A DNA stretch of 63,967 bases, filler included, from 6 parts of 6 records of this genome joined end to end with filler, not necessarily neighbours in it, one strand, 5' to 3'. Shown: positions 29,638-40,379, counted from the first letter of the whole stretch. Numbers and translations: made by a program. Notes: generated from the letters alone by a model not told the origin.

Positions 29638-30477
29638 ATGGAGATTCTCGATGTGGTTTTCGTCTGGCAGATGAAGGAAGAGAACCAGATCCGCTGGCAC
29701 AGCCGCTACCATGCCCATGGAAAAAACGAGTTCGAACTCCACTATTTCATCCAGGGAAACGGCAGCTTCCTCAACGACAGGACCCGCTTCGGCCTGGAGC
29801 CGGGTACCCTCTTCATCACCACTCCCGAGACCCATCACTCCATCATCGTCGACGACAGGGCCAATCCCATATCCTACTACGCCGTCCTGATCAGAACGGA
29901 GGGCCCGGAAAGGGATATACAGCGGCTGATGACCATCGATCTGAAGTCAAACAGGACCTATAAGGTGGGAACGAACTACCGCTTCTTCTTTGAAGAGATC
30001 AGGGAGAAGGGGCTGTCTGCAAACAGGGCCCTCAGAAAATCGGCGGTCCATCAGTTTATCTCCTTCCTCTACCTCCTCTCGGGAGAGGAGGACTTCCATT
30101 TCTCCGACGGCCGGAACAGCCATATAGAAAAGGCCCTGCGTATCATGCAGAACGGCATCACGGGGGACCTGGACCTGGACGAGATAGCCCGCCGCCTGGG
30201 CCTCAGCCCCTCTTACTTCATCCGCCTTTTCCGCCAGAAGATGAACACCACCCCCATGAAGTATCTGATGAAACTGAAGATCGAGGCGGCGGGGGCCATG
30301 CTGACCAGCACGGACCGCCCCATGCTGACCATTGCCCAAGATCTGGGATTCTACAGCGAATTCCATTTCAGCCGGGTCTTCAAACAGTACACGGGAAGCG
30401 CCCCTTCCCGGTACAGAAAGCAGTATCTCCAGCTGGCGGGGGATAAAAAGGAAGAAGGGAACCGAAAAATCGGATAA
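29638..30477 (+). CDS. AraC-family regulator
   Basis: Cupin N-terminus (HAH..E.H) and double HTH (LSPSYFIRLF, FSRVFKQYTG.AP..YR). AGGAGG RBS. Confidence 0.92.
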   Translation: MEILDVVFVWQMKEENQIRWHSRYHAHGKNEFELHYFIQGNGSFLNDRTRFGLEPGTLFITTPETHHSIIVDDRANPISYYAVLIRTEGPERDIQRLMTIDLKSNRTYKVGTNYRFFFEEIREKGLSANRALRKSAVHQFISFLYLLSGEEDFHFSDGRNSHIEKALRIMQNGITGDLDLDEIARRLGLSPSYFIRLFRQKMNTTPMKYLMKLKIEAAGAMLTSTDRPMLTIAQDLGFYSEFHFSRVFKQYTGSAPSRYRKQYLQLAGDKKEEGNRKIG

Positions 30478-30563
30478 TTCGCTATGAATAAATATTCCAG
30501 AAACACTAGAGTTTCTGTATAATCTTTCAAAATTAAGAGATTAATTTGTAACGGAGGTTGATA

Positions 30564-31850
30564 ATGAATCCACAGGCGGCAGCGCTAAACGAAGTGCTCG
30601 AATCCAAGAGTCCCGCAATCTATTCACTGCTCAGTAACAAGGGCCGTAACATCTTCTTTCCCAAGAAGGGACTGGTCATGCAGGGCCAGGACGCCAAAGG
30701 TAAAAAGATAAACGCCTCCATCGGCATGGCCACCGAGGATGACGGTTCCCCCCTGAGGCTTTCCGCCATCGAAACCCTGGTGAACCTTCCCCCCGCCAAG
30801 GTCTTTCCCTACGCTCCCAGCTACGGGCTCCTCCCTTTGAGACAGAAGTGGCAGACCATCATCAAAGAGAAGAACCCCGGCCTAAAGGATGCGGAACTGA
30901 CCATGCCCGTCGTCACCAACGCCCTGACCCACGGACTCTCTATGGCGGGTTATCTCTTTATCGACGAGGGTGATGAGGTGATCCTCCCCGAATACTTCTG
31001 GGGCAACTACAATTTGGTCCTCAAGAATGCCTACGGCGCCGAGTTCGCAACCTATACAATGTATAAGGAAGGCGGATTCAACATCGACGGCCTGAAAGAG
31101 AAGCTGGCGTCCCCCGGTGAGAAAAAGATCGTCCTTCTCAACTTTCCCAATAACCCCACGGGCTATACCCCTACCGACGCGGAGATGAAAGGCATAGCCC
31201 AGGCCATACGCGAGGCCGCCGAAGCCGGCAAGAACATCGTCGTCCTGATCGACGACGCCTACTTCGGACTGGTCTATGAAGAGGGAGTCGCCCTCCAGTC
31301 CGTCTTCGCCTCTCTGGCGGAGATCCACGAGAACGTCCTGGCCGTCAAGGTCGACGGGGCGACCAAGGAGGACTACGTATGGGGATTCCGCGTCGGATTC
31401 ATGACCTTTTCCTGGAAGGGGATGGATGCCGAGGCCGGACAGGTCCTGGTGGACAAGGCCGCGGGAGCGGTGAGAGGAAACATCTCCAACGATTCCATCC
31501 TGAGCCAGAACCTCCTGCTCACCGCCTATGAGGCTCCCGGCTACGCGGAAGACAAGAAGAGCAAATACGATCTGCTGAAATCACGCTACGATCTGGTAAA
31601 GAAGACCCTGGCCGATCATCCCGAGTACGGGGACTATTTCGCAGAGATTCCCTACAACTCGGGGTACTTTATGTGCGTGGAGCTGAAGAAAGGCAATGCC
31701 GAAGAGGTCCGCCAGAAACTGCTGGCCGATTACGACACGGGCATCATCGCCCTGGGCTCCCTGATCCGGGTGGCCTACTCCTCCCTCCCCGCCGCGCAGA
31801 TAGACGAGCTCTACGCCAATATCTACAGCGCCTGCAAGGATCTGGACTAG
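30564..31850 (+). CDS. Class I/II PLP aminotransferase
   Basis: NFPNNPTGY, DDAYFG and TKE....GFRVG. Confidence 0.92.
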   Translation: MNPQAAALNEVLESKSPAIYSLLSNKGRNIFFPKKGLVMQGQDAKGKKINASIGMATEDDGSPLRLSAIETLVNLPPAKVFPYAPSYGLLPLRQKWQTIIKEKNPGLKDAELTMPVVTNALTHGLSMAGYLFIDEGDEVILPEYFWGNYNLVLKNAYGAEFATYTMYKEGGFNIDGLKEKLASPGEKKIVLLNFPNNPTGYTPTDAEMKGIAQAIREAAEAGKNIVVLIDDAYFGLVYEEGVALQSVFASLAEIHENVLAVKVDGATKEDYVWGFRVGFMTFSWKGMDAEAGQVLVDKAAGAVRGNISNDSILSQNLLLTAYEAPGYAEDKKSKYDLLKSRYDLVKKTLADHPEYGDYFAEIPYNSGYFMCVELKKGNAEEVRQKLLADYDTGIIALGSLIRVAYSSLPAAQIDELYANIYSACKDLD

Positions 31851-31854
31851 AGCC

Positions 31855-32088
31855 GTGCCCATCTACGAGTACAGCTGCAGGGACTGCGGAAAGGATTCAG
31901 AGATCCTCGTCCGCGAGGGGACGGAGATCAGCTGCCGCAGCTGCGGCAGCGCCAATCTGGACCGCAAGCTCAGCGGCTTCGCCTTCTCTGCCGCTCCCTC
32001 CGGGAGCGGGGCTCCGCCCTGCGCGCCCGCCTGCGGCGGTGGATTCGAAGGGGGCCGCTGCGGCTCCGGCGGCTGCTGCGGAAAATAG
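31855..32088 (+). CDS. FmdB-family zinc-ribbon protein
   Basis: MPIYEYSCRDCG...CRSCGS with a Cys/Gly-rich tail. Confidence 0.88.
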   Translation: MPIYEYSCRDCGKDSEILVREGTEISCRSCGSANLDRKLSGFAFSAAPSGSGAPPCAPACGGGFEGGRCGSGGCCGK

Positions 32089-32178
32089 TAAATAATTTTT
32101 TTATTAGTAAATCATACTTTAAAAATGAACGCACTTCCTCAATAATTAATGTATACCATCCATTATTGAGGAAGTGTT

Positions 32179-33479
32179 ATGAGAAGAAAAAGACTCAGTC
32201 GCCGTCCCTTGGCCATAATGAAGCTTAAGAATCAGCTTTTAGCCGGAATTCTGATGATCATCCTCCTTTTCTCCGTCTTTACCATATACACGGAAAGCCA
32301 TCTAAAAGATATCAGCGATACCCAGGAGGCCATCTCTGTTGAGGTTCTTCCTTCTACCCTGACTTTGATAGGCCTGAAGACGGATGTGATCCAGATCCAG
32401 CAATGGCTGACAGATATCTCGGCCACCAGGGCACAGCCGGGCTACGACGACGGTTTTGCTGAGGCCGAGACCTATTACAAGGACGCCGTCTCCCGTCTGG
32501 ATGCTCTTGACAGGGCCCATGAAGCCCTTGGGGAAACGGCGACCATGGAAAAACTGAGGAAGATACGTACAGCACTCAAGGAGTTCTATGACATGGGTCG
32601 CCAGATGGCGCAGGCCTATATAGACGGGGGCCCGGAGGCGGGGAATCCCATGATGGAGGAATTCGATCCCTTCGCTGAAGCCATCACCACCATGGTAAAC
32701 GAAATGACCGATGAGCATATCCTGGAACTTGAAACGGGGATTGCCGAAGACGCCGAGCTATCCAGCAATCTGATCCTGAATATGGTAATCCTCTTCTCAG
32801 GAACACTGCTTATGTGCATCATCCTCATCATTCCGGTGGCCGACAGCATCATCCGCCCCATGAAGCATATTGAGGAAGAGGTTCAGCATCTCGCTTCCGG
32901 ACGCCTGTCCACGGATCTGAACATTGGAGGACGGGATGAACTGGCCAGCCTCTCAGGGAACCTGGAATCCGCAGTGACCCAACTGGGCACGCTGCTCAAG
33001 GACACCCAGAATGCAGCTGGAAGAACCGAGAAGTCCAGTTTCGCCCTGACGACCCAGATTCAGAACTCACTCCAGGCCTCTAACTCCGTCTCGGCCCGGT
33101 CCGTCAACACGGCGGAGGAGCTTCGCCTCCTGACGAGGCAGATAGAGGGAGGCTCCAGCGCGGTGGAAGAGATCAAAGCCAACGTAGCCAGCCTGACCAG
33201 GATGATACACGAACAATCCTCCGCCATCACCCAAACCTCTTCTTCCATGGAAGAGATGTCCGCCTCTATAAACAGCATCTCCCGTATATCATCGGAGCGC
33301 TCAGAAAGCGCTCAGGAACTGATCAGTCTGAGCAGAGACGGCCAGGAGAAGGTAAGCAAAACGGTCGGCATGGTTCAGAACATAGGCGGCCGCATCGACG
33401 ACATGCAGGAGATGATCCAGGTGATCAACGCTGTGGCGGCCAGGACCAACCTGCTGGCCATGAACGCCGCCATCGAAGC
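32179..33479 (+). CDS. Methyl-accepting chemotaxis protein, 3' truncated
   Basis: TM, four-helix sensor (QIQQWLTDISAT), TM, HAMP, then RTNLLAMNAAIE at the contig end. Confidence 0.9.
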
Positions 33480-33579
33480 NNNNNNNNNNNNNNNNNNNNN
33501 NNNNNNNNNNNNNNNNNNNNNNNTTAATTAATTAANNNNNNNNNNNNNNNNNNNNNNNNNNNNNNNNNNNNNNNNNNNN
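33480..33579. other. Artificial contig spacer
   Basis: N-run, TTAATTAATTAA, N-run. Confidence 0.99.
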
Positions 33580-35088
33580 GGCTGCAAAAGCCCGCTGACC
33601 GGCGGCATCAAGGAAGCCAATTCCGGCGGCCAGGGTGCCCATACGTTGGCCCGTCTGGGATATGCCGCCATCGTGCTTGAAGGCGAATATTCCGGCGATG
33701 ACCTTTACGTCGTCCGCATCGGTCCCGACGGCGCCAGGATCGAAGCCGATCCTTCGGTCCGCATGGCCACCAACTATCAGATGATGGACAAGTTCCTCAG
33801 CGAGTACGAGGGCAAGGGTGCCATGCTGTCGATCGGCACCGCCGGCGAAATGCGCATGTCCAATTCGTCGATTGCCGTCTCCGATATCGAAGGCCGTCCG
33901 ACTCGTCACGCCGGACGCGGCGGTGTCGGTGCGGTCATGGGTTCGAAGGGCGTCAAGGCGATCATCGTCGACGGCGGCGGCGCCAAGAATCGCGTGCCGG
34001 CCGATCCGGCAGCCTTCAAGGCGGCCAACAAGGCCTGGTCGGAAGGGCTGAAGAAACACGCCGTCACCGGCGAAGGCCTGCCCGCCTACGGCACCGCCGT
34101 GCTGATCAACGTTATCAACGAAGCCGGCGCCCTGCCGACCAACAACTTCGCGACCGGCCAATTCGAAGGCGCGGCCAAGATCAGCGGCGAAAACCAGGCA
34201 GAGCTTGAAGTCGAACGCGGCGGTTCCGCCACCCACGGCTGTTCGCGCGGCTGCATCATCCGTTGTTCGGGCATTTTCAACGACAAGAACGGCAACTTCC
34301 TGACCAAGCAGCCCGAATACGAAACGGTCTGGGCCCACGGTGCCGACTGCGGCATCGACGATCTCGACGTCATTGCCAAGCTCGACCGCATGGATGACGA
34401 TTTCGGCGTCGACACCATCGAAATGGGCGCCACCATCGCGGTCGCGATGGAAGCCGGCGTCATTCCCTATGGCGATGAGCAAGGTGCCATCCGCCTGGTC
34501 GAGGAGGTTGGCAAGGGCACGCCCCTGGGCCGCATCCTCGGGGCCGGTGCCGAATACACGGCCAAGGCTTTCGGGCTCGAACACGCGCCGTGCGTCAAGG
34601 GTCAGGCCATGCCGGCCTACGATCCGCGCGCCATCAAGGGCATCGGCGTCACCTATGCGACCTCGACCATGGGTGCCGACCACACGGCCGGTTACGCGGT
34701 TGCCACCAACATCATGAAGGTCGGCGGCGACGTCGATCCGTTGGCCGTCGAAGGCCAGGCCGAACTGTCCAGGAGCCTGCAGATTGCCACCGCCGCGGTC
34801 GATGCCACCGGCATGTGCCTGTTCGTCGCCTTTGCCGTGCTCGATCAGCCGGAGACCTTCCAGGCGTTGGTCGATCTTCTCAATTCTTGCTACGGATGGG
34901 AACTCGACGGCGACGGCGTTACCGCCTACGGCCAGAAGATCCTGGCCTACGAGCGGGACTTCAACGCCCGTGCCGGCTTCACGCCGGAAGACGACCGGCT
35001 GCCGCGCTATTTCTCGCGCGAACCGCTGGCGCCGCACAACGTGACCTTCGATGTTCCCGACGCGGAACTGGACAAGGTCCACGCCTAG
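33580..35088 (+). CDS. Aldehyde:ferredoxin oxidoreductase (tungsten AOR family), 5' truncated
   Basis: KSPLTGGIKEANSGG, AGRGGVGAVMGSKGVKA, CSRGCIIRC, PEYET and DTIEMG. Confidence 0.93.
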   Translation, partial: GCKSPLTGGIKEANSGGQGAHTLARLGYAAIVLEGEYSGDDLYVVRIGPDGARIEADPSVRMATNYQMMDKFLSEYEGKGAMLSIGTAGEMRMSNSSIAVSDIEGRPTRHAGRGGVGAVMGSKGVKAIIVDGGGAKNRVPADPAAFKAANKAWSEGLKKHAVTGEGLPAYGTAVLINVINEAGALPTNNFATGQFEGAAKISGENQAELEVERGGSATHGCSRGCIIRCSGIFNDKNGNFLTKQPEYETVWAHGADCGIDDLDVIAKLDRMDDDFGVDTIEMGATIAVAMEAGVIPYGDEQGAIRLVEEVGKGTPLGRILGAGAEYTAKAFGLEHAPCVKGQAMPAYDPRAIKGIGVTYATSTMGADHTAGYAVATNIMKVGGDVDPLAVEGQAELSRSLQIATAAVDATGMCLFVAFAVLDQPETFQALVDLLNSCYGWELDGDGVTAYGQKILAYERDFNARAGFTPEDDRLPRYFSREPLAPHNVTFDVPDAELDKVHA

Positions 35089-35155
35089 ACCATGATCGCG
35101 GGGCCGGGTCCGGAATAATCGGATCCGGCCCGCATCTTTCAGACCGAAGGTGGCC

Positions 35156-35725
35156 ATGAATACCGTTATTGACGACGCGCCCTTGTGCCGCGTCGAATTG
35201 CGCGAAGGCGATTTTCGCGCCGTCAAACCGATGCTTCAGGCCGGTGTTGGCGTCAGGGCGCCGAAAATAAAGTCCGTTCGCGCGTTTCTGACCGGCGATC
35301 TCGGATTCGATCCGGACTATGTCGAGGGGCGCCTGCAAACCGTATTCCTCGATGGCGCGCCGGTCGATGATTTCGACACGGCGATGGTTCTGCCGGGGTG
35401 CACCCTGGCCCTGTCCGGGGCGATGCCGGGCCTGGCCGGCGCGACCATGCGCCGCGGCGGCTATTTCGCCCGCATGCGTGAAGGCATCGCCCATGACAGC
35501 GGCAAGGCGGAAGACGCCGATGCCAATCCGGATGGGGCGACCGTCACGATCAAGCTTTTCAACAAGGCACTGGCCGATCTGGCTCGGGATCTGATCCGGG
35601 GCGGGCCGTTGCTGGTGGAACGGCGCTGGCTGGCCGATCTTCCCGCCTTGACGAATCCCGGCACCGGCAAGGAAGATAGCGCCGGTACCTCGTCCGTCTG
35701 GTTGACCTTCTCGTTCGCCGATTGA
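35156..35725 (+). CDS. Hypothetical protein with an internal ubiquitin/MoaD-like segment
   Basis: RLQTVFLDGAPVDD......PGCTLALSGAMPG segment; located between AOR and MoaD. Confidence 0.7.
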   Translation: MNTVIDDAPLCRVELREGDFRAVKPMLQAGVGVRAPKIKSVRAFLTGDLGFDPDYVEGRLQTVFLDGAPVDDFDTAMVLPGCTLALSGAMPGLAGATMRRGGYFARMREGIAHDSGKAEDADANPDGATVTIKLFNKALADLARDLIRGGPLLVERRWLADLPALTNPGTGKEDSAGTSSVWLTFSFAD

Positions 35726-35747
35726 CCGCGGATCCCGGAGGCCATCG

Positions 35748-35975
35748 ATGCCGATCACGCTGAAATGTTTTGCCACGTTGTCGTCTCACCAGCCGCCGGA
35801 CGGCGGTCAAATGGACATCACCGATGGGGAAACAGTGGGGGAAATCATTGACCGTCTCGGCATCCCTAAGGAAACCGTCGCTCTCATTTTCATCAACAGT
35901 CGGCACTGCAACTTTGAATCGGTTGTAAACGACGGCGATATGGTCGGTCTGTTTCCCCTGATCGGCGGCGGTTGA
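35748..35975 (+). CDS. MoaD/ThiS sulfur-carrier protein
   Basis: 75 aa, FATL near the N-terminus, C-terminal LIGGG. Confidence 0.9.
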   Translation: MPITLKCFATLSSHQPPDGGQMDITDGETVGEIIDRLGIPKETVALIFINSRHCNFESVVNDGDMVGLFPLIGGG

Positions 35976-36112
35976 ACCGGCGTCGGCCCGGACTTTCCTT
36001 TAGCCACGATTTGTCAGCATGCTTGCGAGCCGGACTATTAAACCATAGGCTCCAGTCGGGGCAGGTATCCCGCTGACATGTTATGCGGCTGAAGCCGGGG
36101 AAACGGTAAGGC

Positions 36113-36514
36113 ATGGTCCGCTTCGCGGTCATTTCGATTGCAGCAAGCTTGTTCGCAGCCATCCTGGCCGCTCCACCTGCCTATGCCCAGGCGGCTGCTG
36201 GGGGCGACACCGTCGAATCGGGGCCCGGTGGCGCTTCCTTTCAATTGACCGAAGAAAAACTAAACGCCTTCGTCACCGTCGCCGTGCGCATCGGCCGCAT
36301 GAAGCGCATCTGGGAACCGCGTATCAAAGGGGCCCGCACCCGGGCCGAGGCGACCAAGTTCCAGGACGCCGCGATCAAGCAGATGCTCGCCCTGATTGAG
36401 GGAGCGCCGGGCATCACCGTCGACGAATACATGGGTATCGCCCAGGCCGCCCAGACCGACGACGCCCTGGCCCGGGTCATCGCCGAGATGATCGAGGCAG
36501 CTGGCGGCAACTGA
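36113..36514 (+). CDS. Exported DUF4168-like helical protein
   Basis: Signal peptide, TEEKLNAFV and GITVDEY..IA.AA..D.AL. Confidence 0.7.
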   Translation: MVRFAVISIAASLFAAILAAPPAYAQAAAGGDTVESGPGGASFQLTEEKLNAFVTVAVRIGRMKRIWEPRIKGARTRAEATKFQDAAIKQMLALIEGAPGITVDEYMGIAQAAQTDDALARVIAEMIEAAGGN

Positions 36515-36538
36515 CCGCCCGATCGATGGCGCCCGTTC

Positions 36539-37021
36539 TTATTGCTTCTTAAGGCCGGCCCGCAGGGCGTGCACGACCTGCCAGATTTCCTCGTCGCTCA
36601 GCACCTCGCCGAAGGCCGGCATGTCGGTACCGATCTTCTCGCCGCCTTCGGTGATGGTCCACAGAAGGTAGCCGTCGGTCGACATCCGCATTCCCATCAC
36701 CATCATCAGGTCGGCGGGGCGTGGATCCAGGTCCTTGGCGCCCTCGCCGTCGCCGCGGCCGGCTTCACCATGGCAAAGGGCGCAGTTGTCCTGGAAAACC
36801 TCGACCCCGGCCGCGATCGTTGCCTTGTCGGCGGCCAATGGGTTTTTTGCGGATCGGTATTTCTCGGGCACACCGTTTTGCATGAAATATTGGTGGCGCT
36901 GCATCGCGTAGTTACCCATTCCTTGGCCCATACCTTGGGCGTCGGTCGGCGGCGCATAAATGGCGCTGCTGGCGGCCACAAGTGCCGCCAATAGCGAATA
37001 TCCGATCCATTTGTTTTTCAT
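36539..37021 (-). CDS. Monoheme cytochrome c
   Basis: Signal peptide, CALCH and MPAF. Confidence 0.9.
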   Translation of the reverse strand: MKNKWIGYSLLAALVAASSAIYAPPTDAQGMGQGMGNYAMQRHQYFMQNGVPEKYRSAKNPLAADKATIAAGVEVFQDNCALCHGEAGRGDGEGAKDLDPRPADLMMVMGMRMSTDGYLLWTITEGGEKIGTDMPAFGEVLSDEEIWQVVHALRAGLKKQ

Positions 37022-37057
37022 GTGCCGTTCCTTTTTGTGATGGATTGTTGAGCCTGC

Positions 37058-37519
37058 TCAGCGTTGGGCGCTGACGGCGGACTGACGCCGCCGGATGTTT
37101 TCCGGCCATTTGCTTTTGATGAAGGCCAGGGTTGCCCAGATTTCCTGCTCGGTCAGAACGTCGGCAAAACCGGGCATGCCGCTCTTGAAACCGGGGCCGC
37201 CAATCTTGCCGCCGCCTTCCTTGATATAATCGAACAGCAACCCGTCGCCGTGATGCCAGGTATGCCCGCTGGCGTTATGGGGAGGTGCGGGCAGGGTGCC
37301 GTCGGCCTTGCGGACGCGCCAGTTGGCCATCTCGCCTTGCAGGTTGGCGCCGTGGCAGTCGGCGCATTGTTCGGCATAGATCCGGGTGCCCAGCGCTACT
37401 GCCTCCGGATTGGCCGGATCGCCCCAACTCGACGTATCGGGCGTCAGAACCTGAACCAGGGGAACGGAAATCACCGCGGCAGCCAACAGGGCCAAGCCGA
37501 TCTTCGTGATTTTCTTCAT
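37058..37519 (-). CDS. Monoheme cytochrome c
   Basis: CADCHG..LQG, PAPPH...GHTWHH and MPGF. Confidence 0.9.
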   Translation of the reverse strand: MKKITKIGLALLAAAVISVPLVQVLTPDTSSWGDPANPEAVALGTRIYAEQCADCHGANLQGEMANWRVRKADGTLPAPPHNASGHTWHHGDGLLFDYIKEGGGKIGGPGFKSGMPGFADVLTEQEIWATLAFIKSKWPENIRRRQSAVSAQR

Positions 37520-38922
37520 TTCGGAAGCTCGATGCTGACGCGAAGGCCGCCGGACGCGCGATTTTCGAGGCGGATTTCGCCGCCGTGGGCGTTGACGATG
37601 GTTCTTGCCACGCTAAGCCCCAGCCCGACGCCGCCGGTCTCATGGGCGCGGGATTTTTCGACCCGATAGAAAGGCGCGAACACGTTCTCCATCTCGTCCG
37701 CTTCAATTCCCGGTCCGTCGTCATCGATCGCGATACAAATGGATCGGGCATCTTCGATGATGGAAAGCTCTGCTTTGCCGCCGTATTTGACGGCGTTTTC
37801 GATAAGGTTGGTAATGGCCCGTTTGAGGGCGCGTTGTCGGCATCGGTAAGGCAATGGCCCGCCCGCCGCGAAGACGACCGGCAGGCCGGTATCTTCCAGG
37901 TCGTCGCAGATGCTGGCAACCAGCGCCGACAGGTCGACGGTTTGTTGCGGCTCGTCGCGAGCGTCTTCGCGGGCGAAGGACAGGGTCGAGGAAATCATCG
38001 CCTCCATTTCCTCGAGCGTCGCCAGCGTTTTCGATTGTTCTTCCGCATCCTCGATAAACTCGGCGCGCAGGCGCAGCTGAGTGATGGGCGTGCGAAGATC
38101 GTGCGATATGGCGGCCAGCATCCGGGTCCGGTTTTCGACCAGCCGACGGACGCGTTCCTGCATTTTATTGAAGGCGCGGGCGGCCTGGCGGATTTCGGTC
38201 GGTCCGTCTTCGGCGAGGGGTTCGGCGCGAACGTCGCGGCCCAGGCGCTCGGCGGCGCCGGCGAACAGCCGCAGCGGATTGGTCATCCGCCGCACCGCCC
38301 AGACCGAGAAGACGACGACGGTCAAAGCCATCAGTGCCATCGAAAGAACCGCCGGCGTCGACCACAGCGACGGCGATTCCGGAATGGCGGCGCCGAAATT
38401 CAGCCACTTGCCGTCCGACAGCAGGATCGATGCCCGAAGCGTCGCGCCGAACGGTCTTCCTTCCATGAACCGTCCCATGGCCATGGTCATATGGGAATGC
38501 ATCCGACCCATGCGGGACGGGGCTGGGGTGTTTTCCGCAGGCAAGGCGGTGTCGACGAAACGGACCGCAACCTGTCCGCTTGTTTCTCCGTGCACCTCGC
38601 GAACCAGGAAACGCTGGATCAGTGCGGTGCGCCAATCTTCGTCCTCGCCGGAACCGACGGTGCGATCGTCGGAAATTTCGACACGCAGGTCCGGTCCCTG
38701 GACGGCATCGAGGATGCGGCCGCGCCACTCCGGCGGAACGTCGTCGACCAGATGGGCGATCGAGGCGATGCGCCGGGCGGTTTCCTCGCTGCCGGTCAGG
38801 GTCAGAAGCTCGATGCGGTCGCTCGAATAGATGCCCATGCTGACGACGTGCGAAACCGTCAGCCCCAACAGCAGAACCAGGACCGTTTGCCCGAAGAAGC
38901 TTTTCGGCAGGAACCGTCTCAT
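37516..38922 (-). CDS. Sensor histidine kinase (HAMP-HisKA-HATPase)
   Basis: SHDLRTP, NLIENAVKY, DDGPG and GLGLS. The periplasmic loop is Met/His-rich. Confidence 0.93.
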   Translation of the reverse strand: MRRFLPKSFFGQTVLVLLLGLTVSHVVSMGIYSSDRIELLTLTGSEETARRIASIAHLVDDVPPEWRGRILDAVQGPDLRVEISDDRTVGSGEDEDWRTALIQRFLVREVHGETSGQVAVRFVDTALPAENTPAPSRMGRMHSHMTMAMGRFMEGRPFGATLRASILLSDGKWLNFGAAIPESPSLWSTPAVLSMALMALTVVVFSVWAVRRMTNPLRLFAGAAERLGRDVRAEPLAEDGPTEIRQAARAFNKMQERVRRLVENRTRMLAAISHDLRTPITQLRLRAEFIEDAEEQSKTLATLEEMEAMISSTLSFAREDARDEPQQTVDLSALVASICDDLEDTGLPVVFAAGGPLPYRCRQRALKRAITNLIENAVKYGGKAELSIIEDARSICIAIDDDGPGIEADEMENVFAPFYRVEKSRAHETGGVGLGLSVARTIVNAHGGEIRLENRASGGLRVSIELPK

Positions 38923-39638
38923 TGCGATTCCACCTTCGGGGTGAAGACGTAGCCGCCGCCCCAGACGGTCTTGACGATGATCGGGTTTTTCGGGTCGGCC
39001 TCGATCTTGCGACGCAGGCGGCTGACCTGGGTGTCGATGCTGCGATCGAACGGGACCGATTCCCGCCCGTGCATCAGGTCCAGAAGCTGGTCGCGGCTCA
39101 GGACCCGTCCGGGATGCTGAAGCAGTGTGATCAAAAGGGTGTATTCGCCGGTGCTGAGCGGAACGACGACGCCGTCCTTGGATACGATTTCACGGCGTGA
39201 TGCATCGAATGTCCAACCGGCGAAACGGACGGCCTTTTCGGACGGCGGCGCGCCGCTTTGCGGCAAGGTCTGGACACGCCTCAGGACCGCCTTGATGCGG
39301 GCCAGAAGCTCGCGCGGATTGAACGGCTTGGCGACATAATCATCGGCGCCCATTTCAAGGCCGACGATGCGGTCGGTTTCCTCGCCCATGGCGGTCAACA
39401 TGACCACCGGCATGTTGGATTTCGCCCGCAGTTCGCGGCACAGTACCAGGCCGTCGTCGCCGGGCAGCATCAGATCAAGCACGATCAGGTCGATTTTCGC
39501 CGTCTCCAGGACGCGGCGCATGGTCTTGCCGTCCTCGGCCGTCGTCACCCGCATCTCGTGCTTGGCCAGGAAGCGGGCCAGCAGGTTGCGGATCTCGAGG
39601 TTGTCGTCGACGACCAGAATGTGAGGCGTTTCGCTCAT
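38919..39638 (-). CDS. OmpR-family response regulator
   Basis: VVDD, LDLMLP, GADDY.AKPF and DRSIDTQVSRLRRK. Confidence 0.95.
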   Translation of the reverse strand: MSETPHILVVDDNLEIRNLLARFLAKHEMRVTTAEDGKTMRRVLETAKIDLIVLDLMLPGDDGLVLCRELRAKSNMPVVMLTAMGEETDRIVGLEMGADDYVAKPFNPRELLARIKAVLRRVQTLPQSGAPPSEKAVRFAGWTFDASRREIVSKDGVVVPLSTGEYTLLITLLQHPGRVLSRDQLLDLMHGRESVPFDRSIDTQVSRLRRKIEADPKNPIIVKTVWGGGYVFTPKVESQ

Positions 39639-39681
39639 GGCCCCAACTATATGACCCCGGCGGAGGGAATATTCCCGGGAA

Positions 39682-39704
39682 ATTGTGACAAAGTTTGTCG
39701 CAAT
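39682..39704. promoter_or_regulatory. Near-perfect palindrome in divergent promoter
   Basis: ATTGTGACAAA-G-TTTGTCGCAAT with one mismatch. Confidence 0.5.
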
Positions 39705-39815
39705 GGCGTAGCGGAAAACTCTGTTACCAAAAAACGCATCGGCGGCAAATCTCCGTTACATTTTTGCCCTAGATCAGGGTCATCGCGAATTTCAAAAACC
39801 CGAAAGGTCAATCCG

Positions 39816-40274
39816 ATGAAACGTTCCCTGATCGCAATCGCAAGTGTCGCCACGCTCGGCGCCGCCATCCTGGCGGCCGGCCCGGTCATCGCCGGCCCAG
39901 GACACGGCCAGCAGTTGGCCCACTATGCCGGCCCGGGTGGTGCGGCCCAGACTGGCTGGGGTCCCGGCGCCATGATGCATCCCGGCATGATGAACATGAT
40001 GGGCGGTGCTTACGGTCCCGGCATGATGGGTGCTGCCGGTACGCCATGCCCCGGCTTGGCAGCCAACGCCAATTCCGAACCGCTGACCCTTGAAGACGCC
40101 CGTTCGGCGGTCGAAAAACGCCTGCAATGGCAGGGCAATGACCGCCTCAAGGTCGGCGAAATCACCGCCGACGGAGACACCGGCTTCGTTGCCGAAATCG
40201 TCACCGTTGACGGGTCATTGGTCGACAAGCTGGCAATCGATGCCAAAACCGGATTCATGCGCCCGGTGCGCTGA
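39816..40274 (+). CDS. Exported Met/Gly-rich protein
   Basis: Signal peptide, GPGAMMHPGMMNMMGG region and a PepSY-like C-terminus. Confidence 0.75.
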   Translation: MKRSLIAIASVATLGAAILAAGPVIAGPGHGQQLAHYAGPGGAAQTGWGPGAMMHPGMMNMMGGAYGPGMMGAAGTPCPGLAANANSEPLTLEDARSAVEKRLQWQGNDRLKVGEITADGDTGFVAEIVTVDGSLVDKLAIDAKTGFMRPVR

Positions 40275-40379
40275 ACCGAATCCCTCCCGCCCTGCGGCCG
40301 GCCGGCATCCCCCCCGATCCCTTCCTCCAACGGCCGGCCGGCCGCCCGATGAGCGAATAAAAACGAAAGGAGCAAAACA

